Source: Azolla caroliniana
Taxonomy: Eukaryota; Plantae; Polypodiophyta
Assembly: GCA_043228905.1 (NCBI GenBank)
Contig: JBHGNT010000002.1
Location: 23,374,001 to 23,438,000, forward strand
DNA length: 64,000 nucleotides
Reading direction: 5' to 3'
Below the pieces are notes generated by a model, which was not told the DNA's origin, did no database searches, and saw nothing but the letters and a program-made list of their open reading frames with translations. A program made the position numbers and the translations under genes. Each line of letters opens with the position of its first letter. Positions within the stretch are counted from its first letter, which is position 1. Shown piece after piece: positions 1 to 11,700 of the stretch.

Positions 1-2
1 TC

Positions 3-1037
3 GTGTCCACATGTGAAACTTGCCAAATATATACAAATATACGTCATCGTGATGAGTTAAAGCCGACATACCCACTCACCATTCACTTCAAATGGATGGT
101 GGATCTGGTCTCGATGCCAATGGGAGTGGGACAAATGAAGTACTTAGCGCTCGCAAGGGAAGACTTGACAAATCAAGTGGAAGGACGAGCCTTGACAAAT
201 AAGATGACTTCAGCCGTTTGTAAATTTTTACTTGAAGATGTTGTTTGCCGATATGGATGTGTAGGGAAGATAGTGGCCGATCGAGGGGAGTTGGACGCGC
301 ACAAAGCGACGGAGCTCTTCGAAAGACTAGGCGTGAAGCTCTCCCTCACGACTGCCTACAATCCGGAAGCAAATGGGAAGATCGAGCGAGGGCATGGACC
401 TGTCGTTAAAGCCATCGTACGGGCATGCAACGATCGAGTCGGGAACTGGCCACGACTATTACCCTATGCGTTGTGGGCCGATAGAACGACACATAGCTCG
501 GTGACAGGGTATATGCCGACGGAGCTTATGTATGGACAAAAGCCGATTATGCCCATCGAAAGGACGATCGCCTCATGGGTAGCGATACCGTGGGAGAACG
601 AGATGAGCCGGGAAGAGTTATTAGCGGCGCGGATAAGGCAACTTGAAAGAAGACCTGAAGATTTAGAAAAAGCGCGAAAGATGATGAAGGCAGCCCGAGT
701 AAAGAACAAAGTTCGGTTCGACAACACGCATCGACTTCGTCCCAAGAAGATTGAAGAAAGGGATTGGGTTTTGGTTTACGACAGCACCCTTGACAATAAA
801 CATAGTACAACAAGGAAGTTCGCAAGAAGATGGTTCGGGCCGTATGTGGTGACAAGTGCCAACGATAATGCCACATACCACCTTGCGGAACTAGACAGAT
901 CAAGGTTGGCCGTACCCATTGCGGGAAAAAGAGTAAAGCTTTTCAAGAAAAGACAAGACAAGGATCCTGACCTCGATTACCTCGACGATGAACATAATAG
1001 GCCGGATGAAAATGAAGACATGGAGGAATCTAATTGA
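3..1037 (+). CDS. Ty3/gypsy (Phygy-like) pol C-terminus: integrase zinc finger end, rve core and GPY/F region; 5' part lies outside the window
   Basis: ORF has CETCQ, WMVDLV...IVADRG...YNPEANGKIERGH (DDE core) and RWFGPYVV; homologous to ORFs at 11087-12652 and 40755-43250. Confidence 0.92.
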   Translation: MSTCETCQIYTNIRHRDELKPTYPLTIHFKWMVDLVSMPMGVGQMKYLALAREDLTNQVEGRALTNKMTSAVCKFLLEDVVCRYGCVGKIVADRGELDAHKATELFERLGVKLSLTTAYNPEANGKIERGHGPVVKAIVRACNDRVGNWPRLLPYALWADRTTHSSVTGYMPTELMYGQKPIMPIERTIASWVAIPWENEMSREELLAARIRQLERRPEDLEKARKMMKAARVKNKVRFDNTHRLRPKKIEERDWVLVYDSTLDNKHSTTRKFARRWFGPYVVTSANDNATYHLAELDRSRLAVPIAGKRVKLFKKRQDKDPDLDYLDDEHNRPDENEDMEESN

Positions 1038-1109
1038 TCATCGTAGCCGAAATCTCACTTCTTCTCTTCTTGGCACGTACCGGAGGACGTGCGGTTTGGT
1101 GGGGGTGGA

Positions 1110-2073
1110 TGTCGTGAAGATTTTCGGCAATAGTGTGAAAATCCCATAAAACGTACGAAATCGAGTATGAATCACGTAATACAATAATTGTGAAGATAAC
1201 ATTTTTAATATCTAAGTACAAAATGATGGAGGTTTCGAATGCACTTTATTACACGAGAAATGGACAACTAAATGTCAAGATATGAGGGTATAAAGTTTGT
1301 GAAAAGAAAAGAGAAAATTGTGAGATATCCCACATAGGCACGACAAATACGGCTCTCATCATATATAAGGTGGAGCAAAAGATATTATCTTTGTGTCTAT
1401 GTGTGGAGCATAGAGAGTTCAAGGTAACTTGAACTAAGAGTGGAGGTGGCTAGCTACTCGTAAAGGGTTTTGGCCAACCAAAACCGGACCGGCGATGGAG
1501 CCGATGATCCGGCGGCAATCCGGCACCGGTATCCGGCGATGGCATCCGGCGAACCGGCGTCCGACGACTAGATAAATAAATATATAAATATATATACATA
1601 TACAAGGAGGGCAAGTATGGATTCGAACCTTACACCTCCAAGTTAGGAGTCAATTGGCTTATCATTAAGCCATGCTATTTAGTTGAAATTATATTTCTAT
1701 CATTGTACTTTTACATGTAAATTCTCATACATGAGAGCTAAAATGAGTGACATGGTTAGCATGCACCACATGTAATACTTAAGCGCCAAATGGCAAACAT
1801 GCAATTTATGCATGTCTTGTACCCTCACATGCATCATATGCATGAGAGCATCTATAAAAGAGGGAAGGGGGAGGAGAAAAAACACGGTTTTTTTTATGAA
1901 AATTAAGAGGAAGAAATTCGTTATCAAATCAATCGTGTAATCTCAACTTCTCTCTTTCCCAATCTATCTTAAGTACTTTCTCGCCAAAGCTTGTATCGAC
2001 TCTAAATCCTTCTGGCCCAGAACCCCGGCGGTTCCGCCTCACGATCCGCGCGTAGTGACGGATCTTCACGACA
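1110..2073 (+). mobile_element. 3' LTR of an AT-rich gypsy family
   Basis: Starts TGTCGTGAAGA directly after the G-rich PPT GGTGGGGGTGGA and ends TCTTCACGACA (11-bp terminal inverted repeat); TATA-like TCTATAAAAG near 1851; right flank CCGT. Confidence 0.88.
1606..1677 (-). other. tRNA-like Pol III A-box/B-box cassette inside LTR U3
   Basis: Minus strand reads TGGCTTAATGAT ... GGTTCGAATCC with box starts ~43 nt apart, as in tRNA genes; cloverleaf is degenerate. Confidence 0.55.
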
Positions 2074-5000
2074 CCGTGTTCCAATGCTCTTTTCCGGGAT
2101 TGCTCATGAACCGGCTAACTACTCCAACAACATATTCAATATCCGGCCGGGTGCACACTATTGCATACATTAGGCTTCCAACGGTAGAGGCATATGGTAT
2201 CTTCATCATATCCGACTTCTCTGCCTTTGTCTTTGGGCTTTGCTTTCCGGACAACTTGCAATTTGCCGGAAGTGTCGATCCGACCGATTTCGCCTTCGAC
2301 ATGTTGAACCTTTGAAGCACCTTTGTCACGCACTTCTCCTGTGACAACCACAACAACTTCTTCGACCAATCCCGGATTATGTGCATCCCCAAAAACCTAT
2401 TTTGCTAGACCCAAATCTTTCATTGAGAAGGTATGGTTCAGAGCCTTCTTCAGCATTCTGATTTTGGTTCGGTTTGGTCCGACGATAAACATGTCATCCA
2501 TGTACAGTAGGAGTATCAGGAAATTGCCTTCGTCTAATTTCTTCACAAACATGCAGTGGCCAGCTTGCGTCTTGTGGTACCCTTGGTCGGTCATGAATGA
2601 GTCGAACTTCCGGTACCAATTGCTGGGGAGCTTGCTTCAATCCGTATAAGCTCTTCTTCAGCCGGCACACCAGGTGCTCATTCCCTTTCTTCTCAAATCC
2701 TTCCGGTTGATGCATGTAGATCTCTTCTTTGAGGTCACCATGCAGGAATGCCGTCTTGACGTCCAGTTGCTCTACCTCGAGGTCCATGCTTGCCGCTATG
2801 CCCAATACCGTCCGGATGGATGTCATCTTTACAATCGGGGCAAAGATCTCATCGAAGTCCACTCCTTTCTTCTGCTGGAACCCCTTCACCATGATCCGAG
2901 CTTTATACCTTGGTGGATTTCCGGCGTCTCTCGATTTCAGCTTGTACACCCACTTGTTCCGAAGTGCTCTCTTCCCTTTCAGCATCTCCATCAGTTCATA
3001 CGTGTGGTTCTCATGCATGGAATTCATCTCGTCCTGCATGGCACTCAACCACTTGCGGTTGTGGGTGTCTCTCTTTGCTTCTTTGAAGCTTTCCAGCTCC
3101 CCCTCATCGGTTAGCAACACATGCTCTTCATCCGGAAATCTTCGGACGGCTCTTCTCTCCTAGAGAGGATATCTCCATTCCTGGTTTCTGACTATCGGTT
3201 CCTCCGTTTGTTCCGAATCCGAATCCAATTCAGGATATTGTTCGGTTCCAGTGTCTTCTTCTTCTTCGGTCGGTTCGGTTTCCTATCCGTATCTGGTCGG
3301 TTTGTCGAGTGTCATCCGGTTACCGGCTAACATCCGGTTTTCAACTGTGTAGGTCATTGTGTCCTCAGGCTGGTTTTCATCGGATGATCCGAAGTTGATC
3401 ATCTTCTTCTCCGACTCCTAGGCAATGGTTCTGTCTTCCATGAAGACTATGTCCCGACTCCGGAACACCTGCTTGTCGACTAGATCCCACACCCGGTAAC
3501 CGAACTCATCATCGCCGTATCTAAGGAATATGCATGGTCGGGACTTCGGATCCAGCTTTGCTCTCTTGTCCTTCGCCATATGCACGTATGCAAGACACCT
3601 GAACACCTTCAGATGCCCGTAAGATAAATCTTTACCAGTCCATACTTTCTGAGGTGAGTCTCCTCCCAAGGGTATTGAGGGTGATCTGTTTATCACATAG
3701 GTCGCTGTCATCAGCGCCTCAGCCCAAAACGTCTTGGGTAACTTGGCATGTGAGAGCATGCTCCAAACTCTCTCCATTATGGTCCATTTCATCCTTTCGG
3801 CCAACCCGTTCAATTCCGGCGTCTTCAGCACGGTAAATTCGAGCCGGATTCTCTTCGACCAGCAATACTCCTCGAACTGCCCCCAGTATTCTCCTTCGTT
3901 ATCTGCTCGAACCACCTTTAGCTTCCGACCGGTTTCTCTTTCCACTCTAGCGTGAAGCTCCTTGAAGATGGATAGCACCTGATCCTTCCTCTTCAACAGT
4001 GAGACCCACAACTTCCGGTTGTGGTTGTCTATGAACGTCACGAAGTACTGCGATCCGGCATGTGACTTCGTGTCCACTTGACACACATCGCTATGCACTA
4101 GCTCTAGTGGTGCAATCCGTCTCATTGGTGGTCTTGACTGGAAGGAGGTTCAGTTTTGCTTTCCGGCCAAGCAATCGATGCACTTCTCAAGTTGCACGTC
4201 CTTCACCGGAATGAGGTTGTCTTCGGCAAGCCTCTTCATCCCCTTCTAACTCATGTGACACAGTCTTTTGTGCCACAACTCACCAGTAGTGTCGGATGCT
4301 ACGTTCACTTCTTCTCGGCATATCCGGGCATTCATCAAGTACAATGTGTTGACCTTCCGGGCTCGAGCCACTATTAGGCTCCCTTTGCAGAACTTCATGA
4401 CTCTGTTCTGGATGCTTCCCGTGTAGCCTTCATCATCTAGTCGACCGGCTGATATCAGGTTCAGTTGAACCTCCGGAACGTGTCAGACATCCTTCAACAG
4501 CAACTTGCATCCGGTTGATGTTGTTAATGACACATCTCCTATGCCAATAATTCGGCATGTACCTTCATTCCCCATCTAGACACAACCATGATCACTAGCT
4601 GTGTAGGATGAGAAGCATTTCCGAGGTGGAACAACACTCCGGTGTTGTGAAGAAAATCGTCCCCAGGCGCAAACCGTGTATAGTGTGTGTGAACCGGCCC
4701 TTACACGTGGGTGGATGTCGTGAAGATTTTCGTCCATAGGCGGAAACCGGGGTGAAGGGGCAAGTCGGTGGTGTGCAACATGTGCACATGTATACTAGGA
4801 TATGGTGTATAGAAAGAGAGGGGAAATTTTGTCCCACATTGTAAGGTCCCTCCCTCCTTGGGCTATAAAAGGAAGGGAGGGGTCACTTATGAAGGGGTTG
4901 CCTATTTTGTGCGAGTAAGGTATACCACTTAGTCTAGGGTTCTCCCTCTTCCCATTTCGTTTTAGGGTTAGGGTTTCGGTTAGGGTTTTCTTCTTGGGTT

Positions 5001-5259
5001 TCCCTTTAGGGTTTTCGGATAGTCATTTTGGTGCGGCCATGGCGTCCACCATTGTTGTAACCATTCGTTGTTTTAATATAACTTGTTGAGCATCTTGCCT
5101 CCGCCGATCTCTCCTTCGATGTCGTGGTCTTATTCTTTCCTGTTCTCCTCTTGAGCTAAGCCTCCATATCATGTCCTATTCTTTCTCCTCCACTCCCTAG
5201 TCCAAGACCCCCGCGGTCCCGCCCCTTCTACACGCATGCGCGTAACAACGCGACATCTT

Positions 5260-5276
5260 TGGTGAACCCGACGTGA
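5260..5276 (+). promoter_or_regulatory. Primer binding site complementary to tRNA-Trp 3' end; also at 9789, 50273, 58093 (+) and 46414-46430 (-)
   Basis: TGGTGAACCCGACGTGA is the reverse complement of the plant tRNA-Trp end TCACGTCGGGTTCA-CCA; it lies 4 nt after the LTR. Confidence 0.85.
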
Positions 5277-5967
5277 AGGGCGGCAAGGGAGCATGGAGAT
5301 GGAAGAAGACTTGGACTTCGAGGAGATGATGGCAAAAATCGTGATGGAAGCCGGACGGAAGATGGCGAAGCGAGATGCGGCTCAACAAGCCGTCGAAAGG
5401 GTGGTCGATTGAGTCGGCCGATTCAATGGGGATGATGTCCCGAGGTTCTTGGAAGCGTATGAGGCCGAGATGGCGAAAGGGGGCGTGGACGAGGAGATGC
5501 GGCTAGAGTATTTTCTTCGAGTGGCGGCCACATCGGTGCACAAGGAGGTCAAGGAGCTACGAGAAGCTCACGAGTCGTGGGTGTCCTTGGAGGTAGCCCT
5601 ATTGGAAGCGTGCGGATACGCGAAACCGGAGTGGGTATGCCGGCAACCCGATGGGGAGCGGTCGGCAACAACGTGGCCCGCGAGCGGCAGAGAAGAGAGA
5701 GCGGTGAGTGAGTACGCACTACTGCCGGAAGAGAGCTCAACGCAAAACGGTTCGGAGGAGCTCGACCTAGAAGCGCTAATACGAGAGGCATGCGAGCTTG
5801 TGAAGGCGAAAATCGGAGCCGAAGAAGGGCTTGTTATGGAGACGGGCCGGAGGTGATCGGAGGATGCGGAGGAAGAAGCCTCCCTAGACGTAGAAGACGG
5901 GGCCTATACGGAGGCCGGGAGAGCGTACGAAGCCGAGATAGGAGAGGGTGCGGAGCAAGCGACCCTC

Positions 5968-8742
5968 TTGCCTTGCGGTGAAGGGACGGCCATGGAGGCC
6001 GGTAACTACGGATTTGGGACATGGCGGCCCGAAACATTGAGTGAGGAGCGGACAAGCGGCGGTGCCGCGACCTTACACACACCGGTCCTAGAGACTTTGG
6101 CATCCGGCCCGAGAGCCGGTGTGAGACCTAGAGTGACGGACGGTGGCGGCGGCAAGGCGGGCAACCGAGACGATGGCATGGGAGAGATGGTGGCAAGCGT
6201 AATCGAGGTTTGCGGAATCGGAGATGGGGTAGCCGCGGACAACGACGACCGGACGAAAGCGGCTACTGACACAACGAGTGGCGGTGCCGGGTCCTTACCC
6301 ACACCGGTCCTAGAGGCTCCGGCGGCCGGCCCGAGTGCCGGCGTGAGACCTAGAGCGACGGGCGGTGGTGGCGGCAAGGCGGCCTACCACGGCGACGAAG
6401 AGAACAAGGAAGAGATAGCCACGGACCACGGCGTCCGACCGAAGGTGGCTACGAACATGGCATCGGCGAGTAACGGTATCGGGACTTGTCCCACACCTAT
6501 ACTAGAGACTTCGGTAGTCGGCCCCGAGAGCCCACGTGAGACCGGAGAGACGGAAGGTGGAGGCAGAAAAGTGGACGATCGAAACGACGACGAGGAAGGT
6601 CATAGTGGACGGAGGCAAGACCTCTCGACACCGAGACCGGAGACTACGACGGTTGCGCTCGAATGCCAACATAAGACCGGAGAGAAGGGCGGTGGCCGTG
6701 AGGAGGTGTGGCCCGGAGCGAACACGTACGAAGATGAGGACGCGAGGCCCGGAACGGGCATATACGAGAGGACCGACGGAGAGGTCGGGAGCGGCAAAGA
6801 GGAGAGAGTCGGGAACCGACCCGACCGGAAGATGAACCGGTCGATAATCCGACACGACCGGAAGACGACGCGGAAGAAGATTGGAGCGGGGTCCGGTCAA
6901 CCGGGCCCGAACCGAAGAAGAGCCGACAAGGCTGGATTTGTTCGGACAAACATGTACCGGCCGGTTACGATTACGGAAGGGAGCCGACCAAACCAGGACT
7001 CGATCGGTCGAGACCGATCCGGGCGAACGGGCCACAACACTCGGTGGGAGCCGGTGAGCACAAGAAGGAGGCCAAGCATGCACAAGGAGTACGACTCGGT
7101 GGGAGGCCAAGAGCGAGAGGGATCCTCCTCACCTATTCTTGAGACTTTGGCGGTTGCGGATCGACGTAAGACCAAAGAGACGGAAAAAGGCGGCGAGGAG
7201 TCGGAGACCGGAACGGACAAGGCTACCGGAACGGGTACCCGGTGCGTGAAGGCGGACAGGCATGGGCAAGATGGCAAGCCGGAGTCGAAAGGGGCTACGG
7301 CAACGAAATACGAAGAGGCCGACGCGGAGGTCGGGACTACAACGAGGGAAGTGTGTAAAGCAAACCATGCATTACGGCGTAGAACGGAGCGTGCACTACG
7401 GTCGGCGAAGGGCCAAGAAGCAAGCATGCACCCGGAAGAGCCGCAACGAGTGACCGACGATGACGGTCGGGGAAAGCCTTCAAGAGGCAAGTGCGGGACG
7501 ACGGGCGGTGCGACGAGACGCCAAGATCAACAAAACGAGACGGGCGTGATCGGCGTGAACGAAGGATTGTGTCTGGGAAAACGGAGGGGATGCGCGGAGA
7601 ACAACGGGGTACACACCGGGAAGAGAAAACGTGGCGGCTTCCCGGAGGGCATACAAGGCCAGGCGGACCAAGAGGGTGTACCTCGGGGCGAAGCGGCAAC
7701 ATCGGAGGTTGCGGAGGACACCGAAGACGAGAGAACCGACACGGATGTCGGGGAAGCAACGTACCTTTTCGAAAGGGGACGCAGAGCGGAGCGGAGTGCG
7801 AGACGTGCGATGTGGCCGCGTAAGGGCCGAATGACAAGCATGAGGATGATCGGCGAGCATGGAAGGCTATGTCTTGAGAACCGGAGGAGGTGTGTGGAGA
7901 GCAACGGGCTATGGAAGCGCGGCGTCCTGGAAGGCATGCGAGGCCGAGCGGGCCAAGAGGACGAGAGACGGGATGAAGCGGTAACGGGAGTCGCGAAGGA
8001 CACTGACATGGTGGTCGAGATGACGGTACGCTCTACGGCGAGAGAGCACGACGAGCGAGGGAGAAGCGAGGAGCGCGTACTGAGGTCACCGAGGGACCGA
8101 AGAACGAGCGCATGTTCGGGAGACAACAAGGGCACACGGGAAGAGCCTACAGAAGGTGAGCGCGGAACGGAGGGAATTGGCACGAGGTGTTCGAGACGAA
8201 GAGAGGATCGAGCCAGAGATAGAACACAAGCGGTACGCGAGGGGCGGAATCCGTCGAGCAAACAGGGTGACCGAGGGCCTAATCGGAGGACCTACATGGC
8301 GGACAAAGTAAGAGTGACCAGATCGGCAATGGCGTTCGGGAGGGTCGGTCGAAGAAGAAGGCGTGAACATCGGATATGGCGGATCGGATGGAGCCGCCGG
8401 TTTGGGGACACACGCTGGATGTGGTGGATCGGATGGAGCCGGCGGGTCGGGGACGGTAAGGAGCCGGCAAGACGGATCGACGCCGGCAAGGGACCGGTAA
8501 GAAGGTTGGGTACCGGTAAGGCAAAAGACCCGGTTAATTACCGTCACCGAAATCTCTCACCCTTTTCCTTTCTTGGCACATACCGGTGGATGTGCGGTTT
8601 GGTGGGGGTGGATGTCGTGAAGATTTTCGTCCATAGGCGGAAACCGGGGTGGAAGGGGCAAGTCGGTGGTGTGCAACATGTGCACATGTATACTAGGATA
8701 TGGTGTATAGAAAGAGAGGGGAAATTTTGTCCCACATTGTAA
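5968..8742 (+). other. 924-codon low-complexity (G/R/E/T-rich) open frame in the LARD-like element; coding status uncertain
   Basis: Stop-free frame with repeated TPVLET/TPILET units; no recognisable domain; runs into the 3' LTR. Confidence 0.3.
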
Positions 8743-11700
8743 GGTCCCTCCCTCCTTGGGCTATAAAAGGAAGGGAGGGGTCACTTATGAAGGGGTTGCC
8801 TATTTTGTGCGAGTAAGGTATACCACTTAGTCTAGGGTTCTCCCTCTTCCCATTTCATTTTAGGGTTAGGGTTTCGGTTAGGGTTTTCTTCTTGGGTTTC
8901 CCTTTAGGGTTTTCGGATAGTCATTTTGGTGCGGCCATGGCGGCCACCATTGTTGTAACCATTCGTTGTTTTAATATAACTTGTTGAGCATCTTGCCTCC
9001 GCCGATCTCTCCTTCGATGTCGTGGTCTTATTCTTTCCTCTTCTCCTCTTGAGCTAAGCCACCATATCATGTCCTATTCTTTCTCCTCCACTCCCTAGTC
9101 CAAGACCCCCGCGGTCCCGCCCCTTCTACACGCACGCGCGTAACAACACGACAACGTCCCTTGTCGTAGAGTAGATAGGTAGGCACAAAGGTTAAATCCT
9201 AAGTAACAATATTCTATAAGGGAAATCGAGCAGTATCTCTGTCCGAAAGGACAGAGAATTAATGTGATGTAAACGGGTGAAACGGCCTCCCTCCTTGAGC
9301 TATAAAAGAGAGGGAGACGGGGGAGAGAAGGGATCGCACGCTAGAGGGAACGAAGTGCTGTCGGACTGGGACCGAGCTCTTCTTCTCTGTCGTTCTCCAT
9401 AGCTTTCTTTTGCGCAGGTTCTGAGGAGGCTAATTCTGCTCCGTGGAACGCCCGTGTGCTTCCGACAGGATCTCCATCTTGCTCTCTTGTGCGCGTGGGT
9501 GATCAGGCATCGACATCCACCTCGCCGACCTGATCGGCTGTAACCGGCCGAGTCGTCTGCATACATACAAATACATGCCTATATTTACATACATACTCTA
9601 GTGTTCTCAACTCGCGTCTCCTGTGTTGTTGTGTCACGTCCCCATGTGCTTCTTTGTCTATACGTGAGTGAGTGTCTCTCTCTCTGTGTCTGTCTCTGTC
9701 TCTTTTTCTTTCCTCACCTATTCCTCGGTCCAAGACCCCAGTGGTCCCGCCTTGTTCTCCACGCACGCGCGTAACAACGCGACATATTTGGTGAACCCGA
9801 CGTGAACAGGCGGCAGAGGAGTAGAAGATGAGGGGGTCGGACCTCGCAGAAGCCATGGCTTCGGCTGTGGACCGTATAGTGAGTGCGCGCGAAGGCACCG
9901 GCGCCCTTGATAGGGCTATCGAGGCGGTTGTCGGTATGATCGAGCGGTTTAGTGGGAAGGATGCCACGAGCTACTTGGCGTCCTACCGGGCTAAGATGGT
10001 AATGAGGGACATTCCGGAAGAGAGGTGTCTAGCCGGATTCCCTCGAGTGGTGATGCCGGGCATCCATACGGAGGTGCTCGAGGTACGGGCTGAGAGCCGG
10101 ACCTGGGAGGAGTTCGAAGGTCGGCTCCTCGAAAGATACGGGCTTGAAGATGCGCTTCGACTTTCAAAGCGGGACTTCATGGAGTGGGTGGAGACCCCCG
10201 ACAGGGGAAGGAACGCGTCAGTGCTCCTTCGGGAGTTTGAGGAACGCTTCACGCGCCTCTCGGTGCTTGATCGAACCGTTCTCGGTGACTCACATGGTGA
10301 ACGCAATGAACAAAGTGCCGAGGGATTGTATCCCGGACATCACCATGCCGTTTTTGGACGACGTCCCGATCAAGGGATGCCCGGTGGAGGAAAGGGACGA
10401 GACGATCGGACCGGACGGATGCCGGAAATTCGTGGCGACGCACATCGATGACTGCGAGGAGGTGCTGCAGAGATTGGAGGGCGCGAGGCTCACCTTCTCC
10501 GGGGGAAAATCGGCCTTCGGGAATCAGAGATCATGGTCGTCGGACACCTATGCGGGCCGTACGGCCGGAAACCGTCTCCGGCTAAGGTAGAAGCCATCTC
10601 CACGATGAAGAACGACTGTAGCTCGGTCACAAAGGTTCAGAGGTTCTTGGGAGTGTGCGCGTTCTACCACATATGGATCCCGCATTACGCTCACGTCGCG
10701 GAGACGTTATACGGGTTGCTGAAAAAGGGTCGAAAATTCGAGTGGAGAGACGAGCATACGGAGTCTATCCGGAAGATGAAGGAAGCACTTGCCGCGGCTC
10801 CGGCGCTCCGAAAGGCTGTCTACGGAAAGAGCACTCCAATTTACGTAACGGTAGACACGAGTCCGACCGGGATCAGATGGGTCGTCAACCAAGAGGACGA
10901 GGACGGCGTGCGTTCCTCGATCCGGTTCGGCACGAAGGTCCTCAGCGAGCGATAGCGAGGATACGCCCAGGTTAAACGCGAGCTCTGGGGTATCGTTTCG
11001 GCGGTAAAGGCTGATAAAGACTACCTGATCGGGACAGAGGTAATTATCGAGACGAACTGCCTACCGATCCTTGGCATGGTTTCTGGATGCGTGACGCCGG
11101 ACCTGGCAATGCTCAGGTGGATAGCGTACATCAAGTCCCTGAATCCGAAAATACGACACATTTCCGAGAAAGACAACACCATGGCCGACATGCTTTCAAG
11201 GGCGAGGTTCGAAAACGATGGCAACATGGTTTCTTCGAGGCGGCTTACGTAACAACCGGCAGGGAATGCTCTCCAACGCTTAACGATTTCGACGAGAGCA
11301 AGTACGACGGGGAGTGGCTGCAGATCGGAGGGTTCCTGAAAACAATGACACCGGACGCGGCATGGACGACGGACGAGGCCAACCGGATTCGGAAGAAAGC
11401 CTACCGATTCTTTCTCCGGGACGGGTACATATGGAAGCACCCGAAGACGAGGAACGACATCCCGCTTCGAGTGGTGGCGAAGAAGGAGGAACAGGAGGAT
11501 TTGCTGGCGGTGTACCACGATAGCCCGTGGGCTAGACACCGTGGAACGTGGGCCACGTTCGAAAAGCTAAAGGGGAAGTACTGGTGGCCGGGACTATTCC
11601 GGGACGTGCATCGATTCGTGACGACTTGCGAAAGCTGTCAGGTGCACTCCATGATCCGACATCGAGACGAGCTTCACCCGACCTACCCTCCGACCGTCCA

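Larger units (their letters stand above)
4716..9153 (+). mobile_element. Non-autonomous pol-less LTR element (LARD-like); LTRs 4716-5255 and 8613-9153
   Basis: Two ~540-bp LTRs with about 7 differences by eye, tRNA-Trp PBS at 5260, PPT 8601-8612, gag N-terminal remnant ~5275-5600, no RT/INT. Confidence 0.88.

Noticed and set aside
1606-1677. Functional tRNA gene
   Set aside because: Acceptor, D and anticodon stems pair poorly; kept only as a tRNA-like box cassette.
6502-8547. Long antisense ORFs across the LARD-like element and the gypsy/copia pol regions
   Set aside because: Shadow frames of GC-rich sequence with no domain motifs.
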